The position numbers and the translations under genes were made by a program. The notes under the pieces were generated by a model that was given only the letters and a program-made list of their open reading frames with translations, was not told the origin of the DNA and did no database searches. Positions 32,521 through 42,122 of a stretch of DNA of 64,000 nt are shown one piece after another. The stretch covers positions 288,001 to 352,000 of the forward strand of contig OY781092.1 in assembly GCA_963676615.1 (NCBI GenBank), given 5' to 3'. Positions within the stretch are counted from its first letter, which is position 1; every line of letters starts with the position of its first letter. This DNA is from Candidatus Cloacimonadota bacterium (GTDB lineage: Bacteria > Cloacimonadota > Cloacimonadia > G963667145).

Positions 32521-34275
32521 ATGTTCGGCAAGAGAAAGTGGGTGAAAAAGAGCGTTTTGAAAGATATTGATATCGAGTTGGTGTCGATGCTTTTTGATGG
32601 CGTTAAGCCTGCAAACGACAAGGGTTTTGTGGTGAAGAGCGGCGATAAGAGTTATGAGCTACAGGGCGTGATAACGAAGTTTAAGAGCGATGCGAAAGGC
32701 AAGGTGTATGTGACTTTGCTGGAGCCAGACTCGAAGGATTTGCAGGGCGATATCGTCTCGAAAGCGGAGGTTGAAGCGGCTTGCGATCGTTTTGCGCAAA
32801 AAGGAATGCTGCGGAAAAACGATGTTAATCACAATATGCAGGCGGTCGATGATGTTTACATTGCGGAAAATTACATTTTGAAGAATGCAGACAAGGAGTT
32901 TTTCCCTGGCATTAAGGCTGGTGCGTGGGTGCAAGTGCTTAAATTTAAGACAGATAGCGATTTATGGAAGAAAGTTGAAAAGGGAGATTTTGGCGGAGTG
33001 TCGGTGTGGGGCTCTGCGGTTCACAAGGAGGAAAACGGAGTGAATTTGGAGAAAATGAGCGAGCTGATTAAGGGCTTGACGGAAAAATTGGCTAAGGCGG
33101 AGAGCGCTGAGGAAATTAAGGGACTAAAAGAGCAGTTGGAGAAAATCGCGAAAGATCTGAATGATATTTTGGCAAAATTGGCTGGAGAGTCTGACGACAA
33201 GGGAAACGGCGAAGAGCAAGCGACAAAAGAGGTTGCGGAGAAGATGCTGGCGGAGATGGAAAAAGGGATTGAGGCTTTGGCTAAGGGCGTTTCGAAGACT
33301 GTTAAGGGAGGCGAAGAGCAAATGGAGAAGGATATTGTGGTGAAGATGGCGGGCGAAGAGGTAAAGGTTTTTGCGAAAAGAAGCGAGCTGTATAAGGCTT
33401 TTGCGGATTTGGACAAGGGCGAAAAAATGAACATCTTAGGCGATGGCAACGGCGAGTTGTTTGTTGATGAGGTGCTGGATGCGCAGGCGGACGATACTTT
33501 GTCGGATATTACGCTGACAAGGCTGCAAAAAGACAACAAGCTGGATGTTGGTTTGGTGGATGACATTATTTTTGTGAATAGCGAGGATGGCGAGCCTGGT
33601 GAGCAGGCGATTGGTGAGAGCGAGCTGAGCTGCGAGACAGGGACTTTGCTGGCGAGTTACACTTTGAGCTTGGATACGATGGAGTTCTACAGAGATAAAT
33701 ATGGCGAAGAGGCTTTTGGCGCGTATGTGGAGAATAAAATCAAGGGCAAGGTCTTGAAAGGGATTAAAAAGTTGCTGTTTAGGGGCGATAGAGCTAGCTC
33801 GACTGCCGCATTAAAGGGTTTGAACGGGATTGTGAAGAAAGCGACTGCGGACTCGGATGTGGCTGATATCGACAAAAACACGCACACGACTTGGAGTAGC
33901 AGGTTTTTGAGCGTTATGAAAGGTTTTGATGCGGATGTTTTGGACGATTTGAGCGGCTTTAAAATCTATGTGTCGGCGCACGATTTGCTGGATATTCGCG
34001 CGGAGCTATCGAAGAGGCAAACGAGTTATGGCGATAGCTTGATTATGAACGGCGGCAAGGTTTTTTACAACGGCGTTGAGGTGAAGAGCAGAAATATTGC
34101 AGACGGCAATATCATTGCGGGTATTGGCAAGTATATCATTGTTGGCTTTCGGACGGATGCGACGATCAACACGGAGTTTGTGAAAAATATATGGAAGGCG
34201 CGCTGGAATGTGCGGATGATCCCTGGCATAACTTACATCAAGGGCAAGGTTAAAGTGTTTAATTTGGTAGGTTAA
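32521..34275 (+). CDS. Fused XkdF-like prohead protease / scaffold / major capsid protein
   Basis: N-terminal LEPDSKDLQGD...VNH...SVWG; central E/K coiled coil; C-terminal LLFRGD...LNGIVK capsid-like part; no separate capsid gene. Confidence 0.72.
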   Translation: MFGKRKWVKKSVLKDIDIELVSMLFDGVKPANDKGFVVKSGDKSYELQGVITKFKSDAKGKVYVTLLEPDSKDLQGDIVSKAEVEAACDRFAQKGMLRKNDVNHNMQAVDDVYIAENYILKNADKEFFPGIKAGAWVQVLKFKTDSDLWKKVEKGDFGGVSVWGSAVHKEENGVNLEKMSELIKGLTEKLAKAESAEEIKGLKEQLEKIAKDLNDILAKLAGESDDKGNGEEQATKEVAEKMLAEMEKGIEALAKGVSKTVKGGEEQMEKDIVVKMAGEEVKVFAKRSELYKAFADLDKGEKMNILGDGNGELFVDEVLDAQADDTLSDITLTRLQKDNKLDVGLVDDIIFVNSEDGEPGEQAIGESELSCETGTLLASYTLSLDTMEFYRDKYGEEAFGAYVENKIKGKVLKGIKKLLFRGDRASSTAALKGLNGIVKKATADSDVADIDKNTHTTWSSRFLSVMKGFDADVLDDLSGFKIYVSAHDLLDIRAELSKRQTSYGDSLIMNGGKVFYNGVEVKSRNIADGNIIAGIGKYIIVGFRTDATINTEFVKNIWKARWNVRMIPGITYIKGKVKVFNLVG

Positions 34276-34276
34276 A

Positions 34277-34591
34277 ATGGGGAAAAGTAATAGAGAGCAG
34301 CAACAAAAGCAAATTCAAGAGGTTCAAGAAGAGCTTCAAGCTGGGGGTAATAGCGAGGGTGGAGCTGACGCTCCTCCCGCTTCTCCAGTTCTGAATTTGC
34401 AAGGGCAAGCGGTGAGCGCGGGCGATGTGGTGTATAGTGAGAGCTTGTATCGGCATTTGCTGGTTGTGCAAGAGGGACAAGAGTTGCAAGGGCAGGATTT
34501 GCAGGGCAGAAAGTATCGGCTTTATGGCGTTTTGAATAATGTGACAGCGGGAGTCGAGTTTAAAAAATTGAAGAAAAATGGGGGTAAATGA
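34277..34591 (+). CDS. Phage hypothetical protein
   Basis: ORF tightly packed after the capsid gene. Confidence 0.6.
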   Translation: MGKSNREQQQKQIQEVQEELQAGGNSEGGADAPPASPVLNLQGQAVSAGDVVYSESLYRHLLVVQEGQELQGQDLQGRKYRLYGVLNNVTAGVEFKKLKKNGGK

Positions 34592-35124
34592 TGGCTGTGT
34601 CAAAGGTTATGTATCCAAGCGGCACGACGGCGGGGGACTTGGATTTTGATAGTCTTTTGGCGTTTTTTGACGGCAAGGATGTTTATTTTGGAGCGGGGAA
34701 ATACACGAAAGAAGAGGCTGATGCGATTTGCGCAACAAAAGAGGCTTTAGCGGCGGAATTGAGCGCAAATTTGGAGCTTGCGGGCGAGTTGGACGAAAAG
34801 GGCTGGAAGGCGGAGAGCAAGCCTGCGACTTTTAAGACGCGCAACTTTCTTTTGGAAGGCAGACGGACAACGACGATGGAGATTACGCTGGCGGGTATGA
34901 GCAACAGGCAGAAGAGCTATTTTGAGAAGGATATTAAGCAAAAGACGCTGACTTTTGTTTTTGTCGATGATGGTAGCGAGAACGCTTTGCTGATAACGGG
35001 CTGCAAATGGATCTGCGAGTGGAGCGGTGAGGCTGATAAGGGCTTTACGGTTGTGTTGAAAACGGAATTTGCAGGCACGACAGATGATAAGGTGATGGTT
35101 TACAAGGGGATCCCAGCGGCGTAG
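34588..35124 (+). CDS. Putative major tail (tube) protein
   Basis: 178 aa, beta-rich, followed by terminator, chaperone and tape measure. Confidence 0.55.
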   Translation: MMAVSKVMYPSGTTAGDLDFDSLLAFFDGKDVYFGAGKYTKEEADAICATKEALAAELSANLELAGELDEKGWKAESKPATFKTRNFLLEGRRTTTMEITLAGMSNRQKSYFEKDIKQKTLTFVFVDDGSENALLITGCKWICEWSGEADKGFTVVLKTEFAGTTDDKVMVYKGIPAA

Positions 35125-35162
35125 GCGTAATTATTGTATAGGTAGAAAATAATAGTGATTAA

Positions 35163-35197
35163 GAGCCTGTCTGCTGGTTGCAGGCGGGCTTTTTTTT
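35163..35197 (+). terminator. Intrinsic terminator after the major tail gene
   Basis: GAGCCTGTCTGC-TGGTT-GCAGGCGGGCT followed by a T tract. Confidence 0.8.
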
Positions 35198-35214
35198 GAA
35201 AATAAGGAGATAAA

Positions 35215-35562
35215 ATGAAGTTAACATACAGACAATTGAGGGATATTTTGGCGTTGCCAGTGATAAGCAAAAATTTCGAGGGCAAGTTGGAGGATATTCT
35301 TGCGGGTGAGGCTGATTTGACGATTGTGGGGTTTGCGAAAATGCTGGCAGAAAGCAGGCTCGACGAGGAAATTGTGCAGATTTTGACGGGCAAGGATATC
35401 AGCGAGGTGGACGCTATCCAAGGAGGAGAGGCACTCGCAAATTTTATCGAGTTTATAAAGAAGAACAAAGACAAGTTCAGCTTCTTTGTAAAGATTTTCG
35501 GGTTCAAAAAGGCAAAGCAGGGGCAAAGTATCTCTGGGAACGGTTCGAAAAAAAATGCTTAG
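35215..35562 (+). CDS. Tail assembly chaperone (G) with -1 frameshift extension (GT) to about 35669
   Basis: Position before tape measure; slippery A-AAT-TTT at 35439; -1 frame open to TAA. Confidence 0.72.
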   Translation: MKLTYRQLRDILALPVISKNFEGKLEDILAGEADLTIVGFAKMLAESRLDEEIVQILTGKDISEVDAIQGGEALANFIEFIKKNKDKFSFFVKIFGFKKAKQGQSISGNGSKKNA

Positions 35563-35663
35563 ATTTTGGGCTGACAAGACAAGATTTCAAGGAGATGAGT
35601 CTTGTGGAAGTTTACACCTATTGGTGCTTGGAATATGAGAAAGAAAGGGAAATGGCGAAGAAC

Positions 35664-35792
35664 TTATAAGTAGTCCCTTGGGTCTGGCTTCTTTTTTGTT
35701 TTTCCACATATATGAAGACACCACAAAATAAGTGCCGTGGGACCAAACAACATAAGAAATCCAATGATATTAAGGGTTACTTCACGCAACAT
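35664..35792 (-). CDS. Small single-TM moron protein (42 aa)
   Basis: Hand-translated MLREVTLNIIGFLMLFGPTALILWCLHICGKTKKKPDPRDYL with AAGGAG RBS. Confidence 0.65.
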   Translation of the reverse strand: MLREVTLNIIGFLMLFGPTALILWCLHICGKTKKKPDPRDYL

Positions 35793-35843
35793 AATTTCTC
35801 CTTATAGTTAAATTATAAGTTAATAGATAAACATAGAGGAAAT

Positions 35844-38800
35844 ATGTCAAGTTTTAAAATAGGAATATCTTTAGATATTAGGGAACTGAAAGAAGGGGCT
35901 ATCGCAGGTTTAGAAATTTTAAAGAATTTTGCTGAACAAGGGGATAAGCTGTTAAAAGGAGTTTCTGCGAATATTGATGTTAAAAGTTTTGAAAAAACAT
36001 TAAAAAAGCTAAATAAAAAAATAAACGATTTTGAAAGCGAGGATATAGAAACTAACATAGAATTAAAAGATAAGGCTAGCAATGTAATAGAAAACATCAC
36101 TAAAAAAGCGCAGGAGAGCATAGAAAAAAATAAAAGTGCTTACGCAAAAATGACGAACGAAATTGCGACTTTTGGATTTGCAGCGCAAGGTGTAGTGACG
36201 ATGATAAAAGGTATTGCTACGGCGATTGAGGGGGCTGTGACTCCTTTCAAGGAGTTTGAAGAGGGGATGGCGAATGTCAACACTTTGCTGAATGTTGGGC
36301 AGGATGAGTTGGAGGTCTATGGCGACAAAGTGTTGGAAATTTCGCGTGAGACTGGCAAAAGCGCGGTGGATTTGACGAATTCTTTGTATCAAGCGGTTTC
36401 GGCAGGTATGAATATTGGCGACGCTTTGCAGATGGTGAAGATTGGTGCTAAGGCTGGTATTGCTGGACTTTCGGATACAGAGACGGCTGTGGACGGCGTG
36501 ACTACGGTGCTGAATGCGTTTCATATGGAGGCAGGCAGAGCCGAAGAGATTGCTGATTATATGTTCAATACGGTTAAGCGAGGGAAGACGACTTTTGGGG
36601 AGATTGCGTCGAGCATTTCTGATGTGGCGCCGATTGCGGCGGCGAGTGGTGTTGGTTTTGAGCAGGTAAGCGCGGCTATTGCAACGCTGACAAAGCAGGG
36701 TATCCCGAATGCGCAGGCAACGACGATGATCCGCGCGAGCATTATGAGTATGAACGAGGTGCTTGGTGACGGCTGGAGCAAGACAATGAGTTTGCAAAAA
36801 GGGATGCAGGCTATGACCGAAAAGGCTGGCGGCAGCAATAGCAAATTGCGCGAGCTGGCTGGGCGTGTGGAGGCGGTTACGGGCATTTTGGCGATGACGG
36901 GTGAAAATGCGCAGATGGCAGCGGAGGATTTGGAAGCGATGGGCGATAGTGGCGGAGCGATGATGGACGCTTACGCTGTAAAGGCGGAGACGCTAGATTC
37001 TGTGATAAATAGGCTTTCGACTGCGTGGAATGCTCTGTCGGTTGAGGCGATGCGAAATTTTGCGCCTGCGCTGAGCAAGGTTCTCGAGATGACGACTTCG
37101 CTTTTGAATGTTTTTAAGACGATACCGACGAATGCGGATAATGTTAGACGGTCTTTTTTGCAGCAGAGGGGCGAATTTGAGGCGAATGTGACGACGCTAA
37201 AAGAGCTTCGCGACAAGCAAAAAAAGAGCAAGGCGGAGCTGAAGCAGTATAAGCAAATTGTGGGAGAGCTGCAAAGTCAATATGGTTCGTATCTATCGAA
37301 TATTGATTTGGAAAAGGACGGTTGGGATAAGGTGAGCGGAGCGCTGGACAAGGTGCGAGAGTCGATTGTGGAAAAACGAAAAGAAGAGCTGAGGGCGGCA
37401 GAGCAAAAGGATTTGATAGATAGCATTGCGAAGGCGGAGCTTGAAGAGGAAAAGCTGCTAAAAAAAATAAAAAAAGAGCGAGCAAAGGCTAACGCTGAGC
37501 TTGAAGAGGCTGGCTTGCTGGGTAAAGAAATTTTGAGTCCTTTGTCGGAAGAGGCGAAACAATACGGTATAATCACAGGTGAGCTTTCGCAACAGGAAGG
37601 ATTGTTGCAGGCGAATAAGAAGTTGCAGGCAAAGCTATTAGCGCAGGCGAAAGAGCAAGGGCTTGAGCTTGGTAAAAATACAAAAAAAACTGAAAATTCT
37701 GGCAAATCTGGTGGCGGAGACAGTGGTAAAGGCGCTGTTGAGCAGGAGAAGGCGAGTATCGCGGAGATTGCGAGGATACGAAAGGAATACAATTTGGCGA
37801 TGTTGGAGAGCGATTATCAGCGGCAGATCAAGAGTCTGGAATACGAAAAGCAGGCGAATTTGGAGAAGGTGGATGCGCTGAAGATTTCTGAGGACGAGAA
37901 ATGGAAAGCAAAGCTGATGCTGGAGCAGACTTACGACAAAAAAATCGAGGCTGTGCGAAAAGAGCATACAAAGAAGCTGCTGGACGAGGAGAAAAAGGGC
38001 GCAGAGCAGACTAAGGAGCTAACGAAGCAGGTGGCTGAGGGGATTGCGCGGTCGATGGGCGTTGCAGAGGCGGAGGTCGGAAAGGCGGCGGAGGCGATGG
38101 TTAGCGCGATGAGTTACATCGCTGGGCAGATCAATTCGATTATTTCGATGATGAGTCAGCAGCTGCAGGCGGAGAAGCAGGCGGAGGTTGACGCTGTGGA
38201 GCTTCGGGCGGAAAAAGAGGGTAAGAGCGAAGAGTGGCTGGCAACAGAGAAGGAGAAAATTAACGCTAAATACGCTAAAAAAGAGAAGCAGCTGGCTAAA
38301 GCAAAAAAGGCGATGGCGATCACTGACGCTACAATAAATACTGCCGTTGCGGCAGCAGCAGCGCTTAAAGCGGGACCGATTTTGGGACCGATATTGTCTG
38401 GGATTATTATTGGTTTGGGTGCTGTGCAGATAGCACTGATTGCAAAGCAAAAATACGCTAAAGGAGGTGCTGTGGGTTCTGCTGGCAGTGGTATCCAGGC
38501 GGACGAAACTGGCGAAAAACCTGCGGGAATTGTGCACGAGGGGGAGTATGTGTTTGAGCGACCGTTAGTGGAGAAATATGGCTCTTTTTTGGCTTCTTTG
38601 CGAGGCAAAATGCAGACGGGCGATTTGCAGGCTTTCGCATCGGGTGGTATCGTGAACGCTGCTATCCCAGTGCCTGCGGTGGTGGCTACGACGGCTGTTG
38701 GTGGCGGTAATGTGGATTTGAGCGAGGTCTTACAAAAACTATCGGCAATCGAAAAGGCGGTAAAGGAGATAGAGCTGGGCAGCATAACCGTAGAAAATAA

Positions 38801-38870
38801 TAGCAATCTGGTCGAGGTGCATAGGCAGAATTTAGAAGCGGAAAAAATTTATAATAAAAGGATAATGTAA
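35844..38870 (+). CDS. Tail tape measure protein (TP901-like core)
   Basis: FEEGMANVNTL, GKTTFGEIA core; long coiled coil; YAKGG...AGIVHEGEYV tail. Confidence 0.92.
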   Translation: MSSFKIGISLDIRELKEGAIAGLEILKNFAEQGDKLLKGVSANIDVKSFEKTLKKLNKKINDFESEDIETNIELKDKASNVIENITKKAQESIEKNKSAYAKMTNEIATFGFAAQGVVTMIKGIATAIEGAVTPFKEFEEGMANVNTLLNVGQDELEVYGDKVLEISRETGKSAVDLTNSLYQAVSAGMNIGDALQMVKIGAKAGIAGLSDTETAVDGVTTVLNAFHMEAGRAEEIADYMFNTVKRGKTTFGEIASSISDVAPIAAASGVGFEQVSAAIATLTKQGIPNAQATTMIRASIMSMNEVLGDGWSKTMSLQKGMQAMTEKAGGSNSKLRELAGRVEAVTGILAMTGENAQMAAEDLEAMGDSGGAMMDAYAVKAETLDSVINRLSTAWNALSVEAMRNFAPALSKVLEMTTSLLNVFKTIPTNADNVRRSFLQQRGEFEANVTTLKELRDKQKKSKAELKQYKQIVGELQSQYGSYLSNIDLEKDGWDKVSGALDKVRESIVEKRKEELRAAEQKDLIDSIAKAELEEEKLLKKIKKERAKANAELEEAGLLGKEILSPLSEEAKQYGIITGELSQQEGLLQANKKLQAKLLAQAKEQGLELGKNTKKTENSGKSGGGDSGKGAVEQEKASIAEIARIRKEYNLAMLESDYQRQIKSLEYEKQANLEKVDALKISEDEKWKAKLMLEQTYDKKIEAVRKEHTKKLLDEEKKGAEQTKELTKQVAEGIARSMGVAEAEVGKAAEAMVSAMSYIAGQINSIISMMSQQLQAEKQAEVDAVELRAEKEGKSEEWLATEKEKINAKYAKKEKQLAKAKKAMAITDATINTAVAAAAALKAGPILGPILSGIIIGLGAVQIALIAKQKYAKGGAVGSAGSGIQADETGEKPAGIVHEGEYVFERPLVEKYGSFLASLRGKMQTGDLQAFASGGIVNAAIPVPAVVATTAVGGGNVDLSEVLQKLSAIEKAVKEIELGSITVENNSNLVEVHRQNLEAEKIYNKRIM

Positions 38871-39856
38871 TGTATTTGTTGGTTAATACGGTTAAAATAA
38901 CTAACTTTATGCAAAGTATAAGCTTGACAGAAGAAGTTGCTTTAGATGCGAGCCAAGTTGTTTGCCCTTCTGTTAAAATAGTTCTTTCGATGTTAGCAGA
39001 TCGTGATTATTGGGGAGATTTTCCCTGTTCTTTGCATATGAATAATGGAACAACCCTTTTTGATGGAACATTGGACAAAGAAAGCGTGGAATATGATTAT
39101 GCGAAAGATACAATAAGCTTTGAAGTAGTTAGTGATATAAAAGAAATTATGCAAAAGGAAGTTTCAGCTGACTATGGGACGCATTATTATGAATATTGGC
39201 GAGATGAAAAAACGGGTATTGTTTCTATATATAGTTCAAGACAAGCGGCTTTGGAATGGTTATTTAAATGGATGAAGTTTGAAATACCGCGAGAATATGA
39301 TGTATGTTTCGATGATTGGAGCACAGCCCCGTGGATGATGCCATTTGCGAGCGGCAAAATGGTTACAATTCTCTTATCTGACGGGACTGAAAATATTATT
39401 TATAGATTACCAGCCTTAAAGACAATCCAGATGTTGTTCAATGTGCGGATGTTATATAAACCAGGTAGGCTTAAAATAGTAGGATTGAAAAGTGGTGGAG
39501 ATATTTGTCCTGTTGAAAATTTAGCATTAATCAAAAAAGATATAAACAAAAAGGCGGAAATTGAAAGTCTTGAGGTTGGTGCAGGAGACATTTGTTATAT
39601 TGATTACTCTGAAATGCACACTAACTTAAATGGAGAAACAAGGGCAGATAATGAATATAGAATAACCGCAGACACAGAGCTAAACTCTAGGTTTGATATC
39701 GATTATGAAAAATTATATTATGAGGGAATTGTTCCCAACAATATAGGAGTTGGAGACAAAATAAATGGAGACTGCATAACTAAAATAGTGCGAAATATGG
39801 ATACAATAGAAAGTGGCGAAACATATGTTAAAATAGAGGCACTGCGGCTAATATAA
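38870..39856 (+). CDS. Putative tail tip protein
   Basis: Coupled to tape measure (TAATG); AT-richer than neighbours. Confidence 0.5.
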   Translation: MYLLVNTVKITNFMQSISLTEEVALDASQVVCPSVKIVLSMLADRDYWGDFPCSLHMNNGTTLFDGTLDKESVEYDYAKDTISFEVVSDIKEIMQKEVSADYGTHYYEYWRDEKTGIVSIYSSRQAALEWLFKWMKFEIPREYDVCFDDWSTAPWMMPFASGKMVTILLSDGTENIIYRLPALKTIQMLFNVRMLYKPGRLKIVGLKSGGDICPVENLALIKKDINKKAEIESLEVGAGDICYIDYSEMHTNLNGETRADNEYRITADTELNSRFDIDYEKLYYEGIVPNNIGVGDKINGDCITKIVRNMDTIESGETYVKIEALRLI

Positions 39857-39865
39857 GGAGCAATA

Positions 39866-40273
39866 ATGCTAACAATAACAACGATAAGTTCAAATGTGGC
39901 GATTATGGGTTGGGACAGCGCGAAAGTGGAGTGCACGCCAAAGGTAAAGTATAAAGTTGATAAGGCAAACCCGATTGACCCGACGCAACGCTTCCGAAGT
40001 GGCAAGTATTTCGAGGAAACTTTTAAAATTACTCTCTACATAGAGCTAGAGGGATATACGAGACTAAAATCGGCACTTTTGGAAGCGGAGGATGTTTGGT
40101 TGGAGTATGAGGCTGGCTGCTGGCGATGCGAGGTGACTAAATACCCTGCGCAAGGCTGGGAGCTGCTGGATGCGACAGACGAGGTGGAGCTGGAGTTGCA
40201 GTCGATTTATAAAGAGCGTGAGAGTAAGCCACGGCTGGATATGGTAACGATAGACGAGGTGCGGGTGGGATAA
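39866..40273 (+). CDS. Putative distal tail protein
   Basis: AAGGAG RBS; end of the left late block. Confidence 0.45.
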   Translation: MLTITTISSNVAIMGWDSAKVECTPKVKYKVDKANPIDPTQRFRSGKYFEETFKITLYIELEGYTRLKSALLEAEDVWLEYEAGCWRCEVTKYPAQGWELLDATDEVELELQSIYKERESKPRLDMVTIDEVRVG

Positions 40274-40276
40274 TTT

Positions 40277-41113
40277 TTAGATATCTGGAACAGTGCTACA
40301 GGTAGGCTTTATACAGCCCTTACAGGGCAATATACTTTCTATAGATTGGGATGTACTAAATGCTTTGTTTGCAAATTCTTTACATTTTGGGTACAGAGTA
40401 AAATCATTTTCATCATCAAAATAAATGATTTTGTATTTTTTAATTTTTGCTCTTTTATAGCCGTTTATTCGGGAAGTTTCAGTTTCAATAAATTTATTGT
40501 GATTGAGTTTTTCGCAAAAATCAAGCTGAGGTTCTTTGTTTTTCAGAGGAATATCAATTATTTTTTCTAAGTTTTCGCTTTCTTGTCCGGTGATAAGATA
40601 TATTCGTTTTTTATAAACATTCCCGCTAAGGTAAGAGTCTACATGTCTGATAATGGTTTCTTTGCATTTTGGACACTTACGCTTGCGGCTTGGCTCTTTT
40701 TCAAATTGATAGCCACAATAGGGGCAAGTGATATTGTCTCTTGTTTTTTGCAGACGTTTAAATCCCTCTTTCCACTTACTATCAAATTCAGCAAGATAAT
40801 TGCAAAGAGCCTGATATTGATTTCTTACTCGTTCAATGTCTACATTAAGGCTTTTAAGCAGAATATGACTTTGATAAGTGAGGTTGTTTAGGGAATTTAA
40901 TAAGACCTTTGTTCTGGAATAAACGGTAGAAAAGTCTTTTGAGATATAGATAAGTTCAGCACTCTCCAAAATCACTCTGAATTGCTCCCACTCAAAATAA
41001 TCAGTAAAGGAGTTGCAAATAACTTTAGACTCACTATTAGATTGAGTTCTTTTAGTGGTTGGTCGTGATGGTGAGCCGAATAGCAGTTTTAAAAGGCTTG
41101 TTTTCTTTCTCAT
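40277..41113 (-). CDS. Zn-ribbon hypothetical protein downstream of the repressor
   Basis: CPYC...CPKC plus C-terminal Cys cluster; AGGAGGAG RBS; AT-rich. Confidence 0.7.
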   Translation of the reverse strand: MRKKTSLLKLLFGSPSRPTTKRTQSNSESKVICNSFTDYFEWEQFRVILESAELIYISKDFSTVYSRTKVLLNSLNNLTYQSHILLKSLNVDIERVRNQYQALCNYLAEFDSKWKEGFKRLQKTRDNITCPYCGYQFEKEPSRKRKCPKCKETIIRHVDSYLSGNVYKKRIYLITGQESENLEKIIDIPLKNKEPQLDFCEKLNHNKFIETETSRINGYKRAKIKKYKIIYFDDENDFTLYPKCKEFANKAFSTSQSIESILPCKGCIKPTCSTVPDI

Positions 41114-41122
41114 TTCTCCTCC

Positions 41123-41533
41123 TTATGCCTTTACCAGCTTAAGCTTGCCAGTAAGAATATCAAGAGTTTCTTTGCGAATTTCATTGATTTCATTATCAAG
41201 TTTTTTGTTTTCGTCATCAAGCTTTTTGATGTCTTTATACAATTTTTCGTTTTCTTTTTTTAAGGCCTCTACTTCGTTTTCAAGCCTTATTTTCTCCGTT
41301 TCGGCTTGCCCTCGAAACATCGAGCCTTGACCAGTTAAGAGCCAGTTTAAATCAATGTTATAAGTTTGACTCATAATGAGAAGTTTTTCGATTGATGGTT
41401 CAATTTTCCCTTTTTCGTAATAAGCAACAGTTGCTTGATTGCATTCTAACAGTTCTGCAAGCTCGCTTTGTGTTATTTTTATTTTTTTTCTAAACGCTTT
41501 AAGGCGTTTGTTTATATGGTTTTCAGGGTTCAC
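41123..41533 (-). CDS. XRE-family phage repressor with coiled-coil tail
   Basis: TQSELAELLECNQATVAYYEKG HTH; LNWLLTGQG; divergent from the early genes. Confidence 0.88.
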   Translation of the reverse strand: MNPENHINKRLKAFRKKIKITQSELAELLECNQATVAYYEKGKIEPSIEKLLIMSQTYNIDLNWLLTGQGSMFRGQAETEKIRLENEVEALKKENEKLYKDIKKLDDENKKLDNEINEIRKETLDILTGKLKLVKA

Positions 41534-41569
41534 AGTCTCCTCAAAATATAATTAAAAGACATTTTTATC

Positions 41570-41592
41570 TTGACATATGATTTTTAATCATA
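41570..41592 (+). promoter_or_regulatory. Early promoter -35 (TTGACA) with adjacent palindromic operator
   Basis: TTGACA followed by TATGATT-TTT-AATCATA, a perfect 7-3-7 inverted repeat. Confidence 0.6.
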
Positions 41593-41813
41593 AATATGGT
41601 TTCACAATTGATTATCAAAACAAAAACGACAAAGCGTTGGAAATTGTCAATCGGTCTTTGAGAGAAATTTTATAGAAGTGAGAGCTAAAGTGAAGAGTTA
41701 GAGTAAGTTAAGGAAAGAATAAAAAAAGGCGGAGAGCCGAAGCTACCCCACCCTTATGCGAGTTTGTAAGGTGGCAAAAGCGGCTCTCTTGTCAAGAAGA
41801 AAGGAGAAAAATT

Positions 41814-42068
41814 ATGATTAAAATAAACATAAAAGGCGTTGTAGAGGCTATTTATAGCAATATGGAGTTGCAGGGGACGAATGGGTTGGTTGTTTGGAGG
41901 AATAACTGTGTGGAGGTTTTGACAGAGAGTGAGGCTGGAGTTTATGACTACGATTTTGTAATTTGTAGTTTTAGTGGTTTGCTGGATTTAGCGGGGAGCA
42001 CGAGAGATGATATAGAGTATATCGTTAAGTTTTTTGAAGGGACAGAGGATTTTAGATTTGTGGATTAA
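41814..42068 (+). CDS. Small acidic early protein
   Basis: AAGGAG RBS; first ORF of the early block. Confidence 0.7.
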   Translation: MIKINIKGVVEAIYSNMELQGTNGLVVWRNNCVEVLTESEAGVYDYDFVICSFSGLLDLAGSTRDDIEYIVKFFEGTEDFRFVD

Positions 42069-42072
42069 GTGT

Positions 42073-42107
42073 AAAGCAAGCTGGGGCAGTAGTTCCAGCT
42101 TGCTTTT
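42073..42107 (+). terminator. Intrinsic terminator
   Basis: AAAGCAAGCTGG-loop-CCAGCTTGCTTTT. Confidence 0.75.
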
Positions 42108-42122
42108 GAAAAAGGAGGATTT

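Noticed and set aside
35793..35843. RNA anti-CRISPR (solitary repeat) in phage intergenic DNA
   Set aside because: AT-rich but no convincing match to the 22088 repeat-like sequence here or at 41640-41720.
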